DNA from: a virus
Strand: one strand, 5' to 3'
DNA length: 64,000 bases
Virus record (IMG/VR): IMGVR_UViG_3300049489_001113
Coordinates: 36,479-100,478 of that record
A program made the translations under genes and the position numbers. The notes beneath the pieces are model-generated. The model was not told where the DNA came from. It searched no databases and saw only the letters and a program-made list of their open reading frames with translations. Shown here piece after piece: positions 17,924 to 27,791 of the stretch; the first letter of the stretch is position 1; each line of letters starts with the position of its first letter.

Positions 17924-18793
17924 TCACAGTATCACGGGGCGGTCGATGTCCTCACGCCCAGCCTGGGTCCGGCGGGCGATCGTCCGGGCACTGGCATCCA
18001 GCATGCCACCCAGGGACTTCGTCGGCGCCCAGACCCGCACCTTCTTCCCCGCGGCGGCGAGTTCCCGCAGGTCCTCGAGGTCCTCGAGTGCCGTGTTGTG
18101 CAACGCCACCTCGATCCCCCACAGCAGGTTCGACAGTGCACCACCCTCCGGGTCTGGCAGCGCGCCCTCATCGAGGACCTGACAGAACACCACGTCGATC
18201 TCCTTCACAGTGTGGAGCCATCGCTCCGGGATCGTTGGGATCACATGTTTGTGTCCGCCGTCGACGAGTGCCTCACTCCCAAGCCCGCACCGGATGGGTG
18301 CCATGATCCCGCACATGGCTGATGAAGCGAGGATGTGGTCATGCAGCTTCTGCACGGTATCCGAGTGTCTGCCGTGGATCGCGGTGATGTGCTTCCCCTC
18401 GTCGCGGATGACGATGCCGCACCCGTAGACACACCGGAACTGTGTGGGGTCCACATGTTTCTCAAGAAGCGCACGCACTGGTTCGATCGAGAATAGCCCC
18501 TCCGGTCGCTCGGCGAACGGGATGAGCGCCTTCCACCACAGGGGCTTCAGGAAACCGGGGATGCCGAGCCACGGGTCTTTCGTGTCGAGGTCATCCCAGA
18601 ACCCCTCGAGCACGTCGAACTTGTCCTGCGCCGCGAGCGAGAGGTTGATCGACCCGACCGAGGTGCCGAGCATAGCGTCGTAGGCACCACGCTCGGTGAG
18701 TGCGCGCAGGATCGGTACCTGGTAGGCGCCCTTGAACGCACCGCCGCTGGCAATGAGGAGACGTTGGACATGGGGCTCGGTGTCCTCGATCAT
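17924..18793 (-). CDS. Patatin-like phospholipase
   Basis: SGGAFKG oxyanion motif, GTSVG nucleophile elbow, ASSA, VDGG catalytic Asp. Confidence 0.9.
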   Translation of the reverse strand: MIEDTEPHVQRLLIASGGAFKGAYQVPILRALTERGAYDAMLGTSVGSINLSLAAQDKFDVLEGFWDDLDTKDPWLGIPGFLKPLWWKALIPFAERPEGLFSIEPVRALLEKHVDPTQFRCVYGCGIVIRDEGKHITAIHGRHSDTVQKLHDHILASSAMCGIMAPIRCGLGSEALVDGGHKHVIPTIPERWLHTVKEIDVVFCQVLDEGALPDPEGGALSNLLWGIEVALHNTALEDLEDLRELAAAGKKVRVWAPTKSLGGMLDASARTIARRTQAGREDIDRPVIL

Positions 18794-19104
18794 GCTTCCT
18801 CCTCACCGGCCTTCGAGCCTGGCTGTTCGACCGGGCGCATGGTCACCGGATCAATGAGTCCTTTCGCCGGATCACCGTCACGCCACGGCTTTGCGACATT
18901 CGGGGTGCGCCCCAGATCCGTAGCCTTCTGGCCGTTCACGATGATCTTGTCCTGCGTCAAGTCCTTGGGGATCGGCATCGGTTTCTCCTCATAGAAGTGC
19001 CAGTAGGCCCCGAAGAGGTATGGGTCCATGCACCTGTGAGAGCCGGGGTGGCCATCCTTCTCGTAGCACTGGCCACCAAGGGGGTGCTCCACCTTGCATC
19101 TCAT
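18790..19104 (-). CDS. Hypothetical protein with N-terminal Cys/His cluster
   Basis: ATGA overlaps on both sides; C..C...H..H motif. Confidence 0.55.
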   Translation of the reverse strand: MRCKVEHPLGGQCYEKDGHPGSHRCMDPYLFGAYWHFYEEKPMPIPKDLTQDKIIVNGQKATDLGRTPNVAKPWRDGDPAKGLIDPVTMRPVEQPGSKAGEEEA

Positions 19105-19829
19105 TTCGTCGCCATGATGAGCGACGCCTTCATCGTGAAGTCGCCCGTCGTGTTCGCGTTGTACATGACCACCCGGAAGTAGTAGCCCCCTGGCACCGGC
19201 TTGGAACCACCCGGCTGAATCAGCACCGGGATGATCGGCGAGCCCTCGGGGTGGTAGATCCACTCGTCCTTGAGGAAAGGCTTCCGCAGGGGCAGCACGT
19301 CGCCCTCGTCGAAGGGAGTCGTGCCGTCGAGCACCGCTGTGGCTCCCGAGGTCTGGCCCGTGATCGTCTCGCCAGCCGTGAAGGCATGGTCGTTGCCGCT
19401 GGAGTCCTCGACGAAGAACCGCACGTCGAGCGATGAGGCCCCGACGGCGAGTACCTTCGTCTTGGCTCCCGATGTCCCGCCTACCACGTACTCGCCCACC
19501 TGGAACGTGCCGGTGATGCTCGTAAGTCCAGGGAGCTTCGAGGTCACAAACCCGATGTAGGGAAACACACCCGAGTTGTTGTCGCGGTCCACCATAAGGA
19601 ACTGGACGACAGAGCCCCGGTCAGCCTTCGTCCAGATTTCATAGGCGCCACCCGCCATGAAGCAGATGTTCTCCGGCCCCACGAGATCGCCGCCGATCCA
19701 GATGTCGCGCACGAACAGCGTCTCGGGCGGGCAGTCGATCAACCACGTCGCACGAATGTCCTCGGCCTCCTCGGGGTAGTTGAGGAGGGTCCAGACCGGG
19801 AATCCGAAAGCAGTCTTTGGAACGGCCAT
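19101..19829 (-). CDS. Hypothetical virion protein (MAVPKTAF...)
   Basis: Two F-x-x-GE-x-(V/I)-x-G-x-TSGA repeats typical of virion proteins; TAATG coupling. Confidence 0.7.
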   Translation of the reverse strand: MAVPKTAFGFPVWTLLNYPEEAEDIRATWLIDCPPETLFVRDIWIGGDLVGPENICFMAGGAYEIWTKADRGSVVQFLMVDRDNNSGVFPYIGFVTSKLPGLTSITGTFQVGEYVVGGTSGAKTKVLAVGASSLDVRFFVEDSSGNDHAFTAGETITGQTSGATAVLDGTTPFDEGDVLPLRKPFLKDEWIYHPEGSPIIPVLIQPGGSKPVPGGYYFRVVMYNANTTGDFTMKASLIMATK

Positions 19830-20875
19830 TAGATGTTCGCCTGCGTGAACACGAAGATGACATCGAATGAGCCAGCGGTCGAGGCTGTGATCTGCTTGAG
19901 ATGGATGCCCTGACCTGGTCGGATGGTGAAAGGCTTGAGCACCGCGTCGCGTTTCGCGCGTGCGGGCAGGTAGTTCGCGATGCTCTGCTGCTGGCTCTCC
20001 ACGTCCGCCGTACCCGTGCCCCACTCGTCGCTGGAGATCCGCATGATGTCGAGAGGCACCGTCTCCTCAGTGCCACCCAGCGTGCCGCCTGTCCTCACGT
20101 CGATGCCAGCGCCCAACGTGTCGTTCGTGTCGTGGAGGGCGGGGGTGATCGCTGTGCCCGCAGTAGGCGCTGTGGTGTGCGCCCACCGGAGGAGTTGGAA
20201 CTGTGCAACCACACCTGTCACGGCGGTGGTCTGCGCGTTGCGGATGTAGACCTCGCGCAGCTTGAGGATCTTCGTGCTGGCGGTGGGGTTGTAGATCGAC
20301 AGCATCGACTTGTTCGTGCCGATGGCCGTCACGAGCGACGTGGCGGTGAAGGTCGCCTCCTCGCTCGCCTGCTGGGTCACAGGCACGGCAGGCTGGTCGC
20401 TTGCCAGGGTCGTCGGCACCGAGTTCGCCATCGTCTTCTGGCCGACGGTCGGTGCCGTCGAGCCGAGCCACGCGCCGATGTTGCTGTCGAGGCGGCCTCC
20501 GACGAGCGCAGTCGGAAGGCGCGTGAGGAGCTGCTTGAGGCGACCGATCACGGTGAGCGCGGTGTCGGCGTCCGCCGTGGACCCTATGCTCGCGCTGTGC
20601 CCGTCCGCCTGCGACCCGACCGCGTTCGTGGTCCCGCCGATCACGTTGGTGCCCGTGGGGAGTGGGTCGGTGATCTTCTTGATGCCGTCCGTGTCCTTGA
20701 TGGCGGCGAGCGTGGCCTCGGTTGCCGCCCCCGCCGGCAGCGGCAGGGACGACGCGCTCACTGGTTGGGTGGTCGTGCCCGTCGGATCCACGCGCAACGG
20801 ATCCGTGCCGGTCCCCACTTCGGTGCCATCGCTCTTGCGGAGCGTGACATCGCCCTCGACGACGACGAAACTCAC
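19829..20875 (-). CDS. Putative tail-fibre/virion protein (348 aa)
   Basis: Thr/Ala/Gly-rich; QPVSASSLPLPAGAATEATL motif common in phage fibres. Confidence 0.7.
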   Translation of the reverse strand: MSFVVVEGDVTLRKSDGTEVGTGTDPLRVDPTGTTTQPVSASSLPLPAGAATEATLAAIKDTDGIKKITDPLPTGTNVIGGTTNAVGSQADGHSASIGSTADADTALTVIGRLKQLLTRLPTALVGGRLDSNIGAWLGSTAPTVGQKTMANSVPTTLASDQPAVPVTQQASEEATFTATSLVTAIGTNKSMLSIYNPTASTKILKLREVYIRNAQTTAVTGVVAQFQLLRWAHTTAPTAGTAITPALHDTNDTLGAGIDVRTGGTLGGTEETVPLDIMRISSDEWGTGTADVESQQQSIANYLPARAKRDAVLKPFTIRPGQGIHLKQITASTAGSFDVIFVFTQANI

Positions 20876-21330
20876 GACTGCACCGCGTCGATGCTCGCAA
20901 CCTGCCCGCTGCTACGGGTCACCGTCCTCGTGATCGTCTGGTTCGCGATCAACACGCCGGCAGCGTCGTACTGCTTGGTGACGATGGTATCCACCTGGCC
21001 GCCGCTCCTCGTGATGTTGGTCTCACGCACCTTCTTCAGCTTCGCCGACGTCTCCCACACGATGATGTCGGTGACGCGCCCGAGGGATCGTACCACCTCC
21101 GTCCAGCATGTCTCGGCGATCTCGTGTACGAGCGTGTCGAGGTTCTCGTGCTGCCCCTCGGTGAGCCCGGACCCGCCCGACCGGGGGTTGAACGGCCCGG
21201 TGGCGTCCCGCATCTGAAAGGACGAGCCATCGTAGGCCAACTCTCCCGGGTTCTCCGCGGAGGCGGCGTCCTCGAAGATGATCTTCGTCTCGCGACGAGG
21301 ACCATCACTTCGGTCAGGTGTTCTTCCCAC
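20872..21330 (-). CDS. Hypothetical virion protein (MGRTPDR...)
   Basis: GTG start at 21330; GC3 bias; GTGA overlap downstream. Confidence 0.6.
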   Translation of the reverse strand: MGRTPDRSDGPRRETKIIFEDAASAENPGELAYDGSSFQMRDATGPFNPRSGGSGLTEGQHENLDTLVHEIAETCWTEVVRSLGRVTDIIVWETSAKLKKVRETNITRSGGQVDTIVTKQYDAAGVLIANQTITRTVTRSSGQVASIDAVQS

Positions 21331-21832
21331 GCGGCCTCTTGCTCGCCTTCTTCGTCTCCGCGAGGCGTTGAGCTTTGAGGGTGGGGCCGGGGTGCTTCCC
21401 CGCACCGTTGACCGGCCCCTCGGCGGAAGGGGCAGCAGCTTGCTCGCCGGTGCGCATCTGGATGGCCAGCGTCTTCTCGTGGTCGTGGTACTTCTTCACG
21501 TTCCCGACAGCGAGGCGCACACCCGCGGCCTTGCCTTCGGCCTGGAGCTGGGACACCTCGGCCCGGACGGCGAGGTTCTCGATGATGCCGACGTCGCGGG
21601 CGAGGTACCTGCGGATGCGGTCGGCATCCTCGAGCGAGAGCTTGCCCTCGTCGATGTCCTTGTCGATGTGCTCCTTGTGGTACTGGTTGAGCGCCACGAC
21701 AGCCTGCCGCAGCCCTTCCTTGGCGCCGCGATACTGCTGCGCCTCGACCAGAACAGCCTCGAGCATGTCGTCGAGGCCGACCCCGAGTTCGTGGGCCACC
21801 AGCGCCTTGATTTCCGCCTTCTCGCTACCCAT
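21314..21832 (-). CDS. Hypothetical protein (172 aa, helical)
   Basis: GGAGG RBS; GC3 bias. Confidence 0.7.
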   Translation of the reverse strand: MGSEKAEIKALVAHELGVGLDDMLEAVLVEAQQYRGAKEGLRQAVVALNQYHKEHIDKDIDEGKLSLEDADRIRRYLARDVGIIENLAVRAEVSQLQAEGKAAGVRLAVGNVKKYHDHEKTLAIQMRTGEQAAAPSAEGPVNGAGKHPGPTLKAQRLAETKKASKRPRGKNT

Positions 21833-21857
21833 GCGGGCCTCCGTCAGGCGTCAGGTA

Positions 21858-23771
21858 CTACGGCTCGCCCCACACGACCATCGTGATGACGTCGGGGCTG
21901 CCGCCCGCCTTGAGGGCGTACTCGAACTTGAGGTGCCCACTCGCCGGCGTGGTACCGGGGTACACGTCGTGGTTGGCCGACGCGTCCGCGCCGTTCCGCT
22001 GGAGTACGCCGTTCACGTACACATCGACGTCGTCCACGAAGGACGCGACGTGGTCGTAGGCGGGGAGGACGGCGTCGATGTTGGTCGGGTTCTCGACGTT
22101 GGTGTCGGCGGGGATGGCGTTCGTGACCACCGCGACACCCTTGGTGCGGTTCTCCTTCTTCTTCGCCTGCACGATGGCGCTGAGGAGCGAGACCTCACCG
22201 AAGGCGGTCTCGTAGGCGTCCCACTCGGCGGAGGTGTCCGACAGCTTGAGCTGGCCCGAGTAGGTCGATCCCGCCTTGTTCCCGTCGACGAACGCGAACT
22301 CGGCGAACGCGGTGAGCCCGAGGTCACCGGCGGTGGTCTCGATCACTCCGTCCGTGGAACCGACCCGGATGGGGCGGGTGCCGGCCGTGTTGACACGCAC
22401 GCCGGTGCGGAAGTCGTTCACGACCGCGTCGACGTTGAAGGTGTCCACGTCGGTACCGAGGTGGACCTCGCTCGTCCCGCCCGCGCTGCCCTCGACGACA
22501 CGGAAGAGGTTGGCCTCGAGGTCGTCGCGAATGGCCCACACGAGCCCGGCACCCTCGAGATCGAGGGTGGCATTCGTGAGCAGGTTGACCGGCGTGGTGC
22601 CTTGATTGTCGTAGGCGACCTGCCGAGTGACCACAGCCGAGGACGGTGCGTCGACCACGGCGCCGGACAGGAAGTCGCGCCGGGTCAGGTCCTCGAGTCG
22701 GACCTGTTCGCGGGTCGCGTAGTTGATGGTCTTCCCGCCGATGTCGGCGGCAGGCACGGCCTCGAGGTCGTCGCCGGTCGAGTTCTGGCGCACGAACGAG
22801 ATCTGGGCTCGGGTGGTCGTCGTGTCGGTGATGGTCGCACCGTCGACCACACCCGACTCACCCTGGAGCAGACCGTAGACGATGCGCCCGCCCGAGAGGA
22901 TCTCGTCGCGCGTGGACCCGTCCACGATCAGCATCAGGTTGTCGGGGGACAGCGCGTTGGAGCCGGCCACCTCGGACAGCGCGTGCGTGCCGAAGGTGCC
23001 GCCGTGCGAAGCAACGATGGTGCCGAGCGTGTTGGTGATGCCGACGGACGCGGTGGTGTTCGCGGGTAGCTCACCGGCCGCGAGGACCTTCACGTCGCCC
23101 GCGCCGCCGGAGAGGGTCGCGCCACCCCAGGACAGGTTCGCGCCCGTCTCGGTCGTGGCGATGACGTTCCCGGCGGTGCCCGAGAGGATGGCCGTGACGA
23201 CCACGGTGGTCGGGCTCTCGACGGCCGTGACCTGCGTGTTGACGGGGGTGCCGGTGCCGTAGTTGGTGCCGGCCACGCCGTCGCCGTTGATCGCGCGGCG
23301 CAGGTTCTCGAGCGCCTGGGCGGTGGTGCCCGAGGCGTCGATGTTCCCGGACGCGTTCACGAACGGGCTCCGGAAGGTGTAGGTCTGCGCCCCGATGGTG
23401 ACGGTCTCGCCATCCGAGATGGCGCCCGTCGAGGTCAGGGTCCCGACGGCAGCGGCGGCAGCAGGGACCGCGATGTCGGTGAGCTTGTGCACCTGCCGCA
23501 AGATGCGCTTCTTCTCGATGAGGTGCAGCGCGTCGTTCAGGGCACGGATGCCACGCTTGGTGCCTGTCTCGAGCGTGCTCGGGATGTTGATGTCGGCGTA
23601 CCAGTCGCCGGCGACGTCCGCGTACAGGGCGCGCTTCGCCTGGGAGCGCAGAGCGTTGAGGTCACCCTCGATCGTCGTCTGCGTCTCGAGCGTGGCCCCG
23701 ACGGAGAGCGTGTCGTCGTACAGGTCCGAGTTTCGGATCTGGGTGTCCTGCCGGACGAAGGTGCGACTCAT
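21858..23771 (-). CDS. Virion structural protein (637 aa)
   Basis: Thr/Gly/Ala-rich; DGETVTIG domain and VYVNGVLQ C-terminal motif; GAGGAG RBS. Confidence 0.75.
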   Translation of the reverse strand: MSRTFVRQDTQIRNSDLYDDTLSVGATLETQTTIEGDLNALRSQAKRALYADVAGDWYADINIPSTLETGTKRGIRALNDALHLIEKKRILRQVHKLTDIAVPAAAAAVGTLTSTGAISDGETVTIGAQTYTFRSPFVNASGNIDASGTTAQALENLRRAINGDGVAGTNYGTGTPVNTQVTAVESPTTVVVTAILSGTAGNVIATTETGANLSWGGATLSGGAGDVKVLAAGELPANTTASVGITNTLGTIVASHGGTFGTHALSEVAGSNALSPDNLMLIVDGSTRDEILSGGRIVYGLLQGESGVVDGATITDTTTTRAQISFVRQNSTGDDLEAVPAADIGGKTINYATREQVRLEDLTRRDFLSGAVVDAPSSAVVTRQVAYDNQGTTPVNLLTNATLDLEGAGLVWAIRDDLEANLFRVVEGSAGGTSEVHLGTDVDTFNVDAVVNDFRTGVRVNTAGTRPIRVGSTDGVIETTAGDLGLTAFAEFAFVDGNKAGSTYSGQLKLSDTSAEWDAYETAFGEVSLLSAIVQAKKKENRTKGVAVVTNAIPADTNVENPTNIDAVLPAYDHVASFVDDVDVYVNGVLQRNGADASANHDVYPGTTPASGHLKFEYALKAGGSPDVITMVVWGEP

Positions 23772-23784
23772 GTTCTCTCCTCGT

Positions 23785-24237
23785 TCACGCTTGGTAGTAG
23801 GTCAACCAGAGCTTGTCGCCCGGCTTCGGCACGAAGCTGGTGGTGATTGTATCGAACCCGGTGCCGATCCCACCAGATTCGCTCACGACGTAGTCGTCGC
23901 CGGCGCCCTCGTCCTGCTCGACACCGTTGTAGGAAAGGACCTCGTCGTGCAGTCCGTCGTGGAGGAACTTCGTCGGGGAGACGAACACCGTGTTCACCCC
24001 GTCGATGGCGCCGACGAGGGGCTGACGGACACGTGGGAGGTACCCGATCGATGGCGGGACGGTGGACACCTCGACCACGACCGTCTGGACGGTGTCGACG
24101 AAGATCTCCGTGACGGGCGCGTCGATCACCGCCTCGATCACCGGTGACTCGAGCGCAACCTCGACCGGAGATAGGCCGATCTGCGCTTCCACGAGTCCCG
24201 TCGGGGTGACCAGGACCTGGACCTGGCAATCGGCCAT
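23785..24237 (-). CDS. Virion protein (150 aa)
   Basis: GAIDGVNTVF..YNGVEQ..G.DY motif of small virion domains. Confidence 0.7.
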   Translation of the reverse strand: MADCQVQVLVTPTGLVEAQIGLSPVEVALESPVIEAVIDAPVTEIFVDTVQTVVVEVSTVPPSIGYLPRVRQPLVGAIDGVNTVFVSPTKFLHDGLHDEVLSYNGVEQDEGAGDDYVVSESGGIGTGFDTITTSFVPKPGDKLWLTYYQA

Positions 24238-24245
24238 GGTCTACC

Positions 24246-24629
24246 TCACGAGTGAGTCACGCCGTCGGACACCTCTACCTGGCCCTCGAGCAAGCGGTCC
24301 ACCTGCCCCGAACCGTGTGTAGCGAGAAGGTCGTAGACTCCGAGTTTCTTCTCGAGGGTGGCGGTCTCCGCGGCCGTGAGGAGGATCTGGATCTGACCCT
24401 GCGTCAGGTCCACCGAGACGATGCGCCCGTTTCCGGTCGTGAGTTCCATCAACACGGCGGGGAGCTGCTTGTTCTCCCGGATCTGCATCTTGAAGGTGGC
24501 GCCCGTGAAGTCGATGGGGTCCTGCGGCGGCGCCTTCTGCTTGAACTGCAGGGGGACGGAGAAGGTCGCGTACCTCTCGATCTGGAGGTTCAGCTTCCCG
24601 GCCTTGGTGACGACTGTGGAGGTGCTCAT
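24246..24629 (-). CDS. Baseplate upper (BppU-like) small protein
   Basis: PIDFTGATFKMQIR, GVYDL, RLLEG motifs. Confidence 0.7.
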   Translation of the reverse strand: MSTSTVVTKAGKLNLQIERYATFSVPLQFKQKAPPQDPIDFTGATFKMQIRENKQLPAVLMELTTGNGRIVSVDLTQGQIQILLTAAETATLEKKLGVYDLLATHGSGQVDRLLEGQVEVSDGVTHS

Positions 24630-24635
24630 GCGACC

Positions 24636-26453
24636 CTACTTGATCCCGCCGGACAGCCCGGTCACCGAGATGTCCGCGTCATCCAACGTGGTGATCTCGT
24701 ACTCCCCGACCTGCACATGTGTCACGACGGCACCCGATCCCACCGTGATGCGGTACCGGTTGCCGGCGTAGTTGGGGATCGCCCCCGCCGTGGCGAGGAG
24801 ACGCAGGTTCCCGAGGTCGTTGGTCCACGTGGTTCCGACCGTGCCGAGGCTCGACTGATCACCGGTGGAGGCGCCGCGCACCCTGTACTGGGTCGGCGAG
24901 ATGAACTCGACCTCGAGGACCTCCTGCAACGTCGGTTGGACGTCGGAGGTGAGTACGAACTGCTCGTGGTCGGTGTCGTCCGTGGTCGTGACGATCCACG
25001 TCGTGTCCGGCGTGTTGACGACGAGGAACGGGTCGGGGTTCCGCAGCACGGCGGTGGGCTGCCTGCGGAACAGCGAGAACCGAACCTTGTTCACCCCGGC
25101 GAGGGACTCAAGTGCCCCCATCACGTCGGAGAGCACAAGGTCCTCCCCCATCCGCGCGTTCTCAACGAGGTCGAGGATCGCCTGCCGAGCATCCACCTCG
25201 GTGTCGGCCTGGAAGAACCCGGCGTTGACGTCGATGGAGAAGGCCATCTCGAGGGGCACCTCGGAGGGCGGCCGCACCACGAGACGCGTGGGCGCGGCCT
25301 TCCTGACCACGAGGTACGAGCCGACCTGCCCGATGAGCCCGGTGCCCGTCTCGAGGATCGGATCCCACGTACCGGAGGCGATGGGGTTCGAGCCGGTGGC
25401 CGCCACGTAGACGACCTCCTCGAAGGGGCCCACTCCGTAGGTGGCCTTGGCCTGCGCCACTCCGGCGACCCCAGCCACGGCCAGCGCCTCGTAGTCGGCG
25501 TGGGTGACGGCACGGTCGAGCGCCTTCAGTGAGGCAGGGATGTTCGTCCGCGCCTCGTCGATTGACTCCTTGTCGCTCCCGCCCTGCGGCGTGTTGTTCC
25601 CGTTCGTGACGGAGGACACGAACGCGAGGGTGTCGAGCAGCTTCGTGATTTGCCCCTTGCCGACGGAGTTACCGAACTCGCCGCCGCCCACGCGGTAGCT
25701 GGCCTTCACGTTGTTCGAGCCACCGGCCGCGACACGGCCGTCTACGCCGTTACCGAATCGAACGGTCACCCGGTCGTCCTCGTCGATGCGCACCGTGTAG
25801 TGCCGGTCGAGGGGCTCGGAGTCGAGGAAGTTGGGGACCTCGGTGTAGAGCACGAACCCGGAGCCCTCGTCGACGTAGACGCGGAGCGAGGAGATCCCCG
25901 AGGGGTCATAGGACAAGGGCGTGCGATCGAGCTGGAACTCCTGGTCGGGCAGCGCGTTCCCCGAGCCCAGGATCTCGTCGGTGATCGACTGCCCCTCGAT
26001 GCAGTCCACGGTCACCGTCCCCGGTCCGCCCACCGCCGTGGCCGTGGTCACCTCGTAGATGACCTGCTCCTCGCCGGTGAGCGTGGGATCGGTGGCGACC
26101 CTGGTGCCGGCCGGGATGGAGCCCGCGCCGGTGCACGTGAAGGACATCGAGACGATGGCGGATGTGGCCGGGCTCAGCTCGTAGCCGACGAGGCGACCGA
26201 GGTTGATGACGCTCCGCCGCTGCGTCGCGGTCGGCAGGTAGGTCTCGTTCGCGGCGCGGTCGATGTAGTAGCTGAGGTTGTCCCCGAGGTACGAGAACGC
26301 CTCGACGAGCACGACGCCGATGTCGGTCGGGTAGAAGTCCGTCCACTCGGGTGTGAGCGTGGGCGCCAGAGCGAGCAGGTCACTCCGGTACGACTCGTAG
26401 TCCCGACTCGAGTAGTCGATCGGGACGTTCACCCCTCCGAGAGACGTCGGCAA
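24636..26453 (-). CDS. Baseplate J/gp6-like wedge protein
   Basis: IDYSSRDYES, PEWTD..D.GVVLVE, YYIDR.ANE, VRFGNG..G, RAVT..DY motifs. Confidence 0.9.
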   Translation of the reverse strand: MPTSLGGVNVPIDYSSRDYESYRSDLLALAPTLTPEWTDFYPTDIGVVLVEAFSYLGDNLSYYIDRAANETYLPTATQRRSVINLGRLVGYELSPATSAIVSMSFTCTGAGSIPAGTRVATDPTLTGEEQVIYEVTTATAVGGPGTVTVDCIEGQSITDEILGSGNALPDQEFQLDRTPLSYDPSGISSLRVYVDEGSGFVLYTEVPNFLDSEPLDRHYTVRIDEDDRVTVRFGNGVDGRVAAGGSNNVKASYRVGGGEFGNSVGKGQITKLLDTLAFVSSVTNGNNTPQGGSDKESIDEARTNIPASLKALDRAVTHADYEALAVAGVAGVAQAKATYGVGPFEEVVYVAATGSNPIASGTWDPILETGTGLIGQVGSYLVVRKAAPTRLVVRPPSEVPLEMAFSIDVNAGFFQADTEVDARQAILDLVENARMGEDLVLSDVMGALESLAGVNKVRFSLFRRQPTAVLRNPDPFLVVNTPDTTWIVTTTDDTDHEQFVLTSDVQPTLQEVLEVEFISPTQYRVRGASTGDQSSLGTVGTTWTNDLGNLRLLATAGAIPNYAGNRYRITVGSGAVVTHVQVGEYEITTLDDADISVTGLSGGIK

Positions 26454-26461
26454 CGGTCACC

Positions 26462-26830
26462 TCAGAGGACGCGCTTGCGCGCACGGGTGGCCTCGCCCTT
26501 GCGCTCGTCGGGGGACATCGTGTCCGTACGGTCGGCGCCGCTGGTCGCGATCTTGTCCGTGGGGTGGTTGTTGACGTCCTGGCTGTTCGTGCCGCCGTAG
26601 TACCCGTCCCAGGACGGGCGCACCGCCGCGGAGTTGGCGCTGGCCACGCCTCGCGCCATGGCCGGGTACAGGTCGGGTCGCGTGGCCTGGTTCTTCGTGG
26701 GGGGCAGTGCGGGCTGTTCCGGCGGCGGCGCCGGGTAGCCGGCATCCGCCATCTCCCTGCGGAACCGCTTGTCTTCCTCGGAGCCCTTCCTGTTGAAAGG
26801 AGCACTGAATTCACGTCGGATGACCGGCAT
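26462..26830 (-). CDS. Hypothetical protein (MPVIRRE...)
   Basis: GGAGG RBS before ATG at 26830. Confidence 0.6.
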   Translation of the reverse strand: MPVIRREFSAPFNRKGSEEDKRFRREMADAGYPAPPPEQPALPPTKNQATRPDLYPAMARGVASANSAAVRPSWDGYYGGTNSQDVNNHPTDKIATSGADRTDTMSPDERKGEATRARKRVL

Positions 26831-26840
26831 CGAACCTCCC

Positions 26841-27230
26841 TCAGACGTCGCCCCCGACCCGTAACTCGAAGGCTCCCTCGTGTTGCGTGTCCTTGACTCG
26901 GAACCAGATCTGCACGAACTGCGCGTTCCCGGTGGGGAGGCGCTTGGTGGTGATTGTGACACGCCGGACCAGAACGCGGGGCTCGAACTTCCCGATCGCG
27001 TCCTTGATGAGCGTCTCGAGGAGAACCTGCTGGGGGCCGCCGGTGTTGCGGAAGAGGCGCGAGAACCCCGCCGAACCCTTGTCCGGCTCCATCGGCAGCT
27101 CGCGCAGGCGGATGGTCATCAGCGACTTGAGGTTCGACACCAGCTTCTCGACGCCGTCGTCGCGCACGATGTGTCCGTTCGCACCGAAGCGGAACGGGAA
27201 GCTGATCCCCTTGACCTGACTGACACCCAA
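26841..27230 (-). CDS. gp25/GPW-like baseplate protein
   Basis: GISFPFRF, E.PMEP..G, FEPRV motifs; TTG start with GGGAGG RBS. Confidence 0.85.
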   Translation of the reverse strand: MGVSQVKGISFPFRFGANGHIVRDDGVEKLVSNLKSLMTIRLRELPMEPDKGSAGFSRLFRNTGGPQQVLLETLIKDAIGKFEPRVLVRRVTITTKRLPTGNAQFVQIWFRVKDTQHEGAFELRVGGDV

Positions 27231-27261
27231 AACGCCTCCCACATGGTGTATTTGTGATTCT

Positions 27262-27783
27262 ATGCTGAGCACGAACTCGTGGGCACTGCCTGTAGATCGC
27301 TTCTGGGCTGGGGTCGACAAGAACGGACCGATAGTACCGGGCTTGACCACTCCGTGCTGGTTGTGGCTGGGAAGCAGGAAAGCGCACCCTCAGCAAGACT
27401 ACGGATTCTTCCAGATCCAGAACCGACGCGTGGGCGTACACCGCTTCTCGTGGGAATTGCACTTCGGTCCCATACCCGACGGGCCGCACTGTGTTTGCCA
27501 CAAGTGCGACAACCCACCGTGCGTGAACCCTGATCACCTCTTCCTCGGTACGCGCCTGGAGAACAACCGCGACAAGGAAAGCAAGGGGCGAGCAAACAGG
27601 CCGCTCGGTGAGAACCACCCGCACGCGAAACTGACTGCGGAAGCAGTGCGTTGTATACGCGCTGAGAGAAGTTTACCACCGGGTAGCCGAACCACACTCC
27701 GGGAGCTGTCAGATCGCTTCGGCGTGGGGCCCGATGTGATCTGCGCCGTTGCCCGTGGACGGGGATGGCGCCATGTGCAGTGA
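27262..27783 (+). CDS. Free-standing HNH homing endonuclease
   Basis: RFW..VDK, CWLW.G, HRFSW, VCHKCDNPPCVNPDHLFLGT..EN, C-terminal HTH; opposite strand within baseplate operon. Confidence 0.92.
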   Translation: MLSTNSWALPVDRFWAGVDKNGPIVPGLTTPCWLWLGSRKAHPQQDYGFFQIQNRRVGVHRFSWELHFGPIPDGPHCVCHKCDNPPCVNPDHLFLGTRLENNRDKESKGRANRPLGENHPHAKLTAEAVRCIRAERSLPPGSRTTLRELSDRFGVGPDVICAVARGRGWRHVQ

Positions 27784-27791
27784 CACCCACG

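Noticed and set aside
12463-18322. Very long plus-strand ORFs (718, 491, 894 aa) and similar ones elsewhere (e.g. 30992-33121, 38479-40662, 45362-47728)
   Set aside because: They are antisense shadows of GC3-biased minus-strand genes, with no recognisable motifs.
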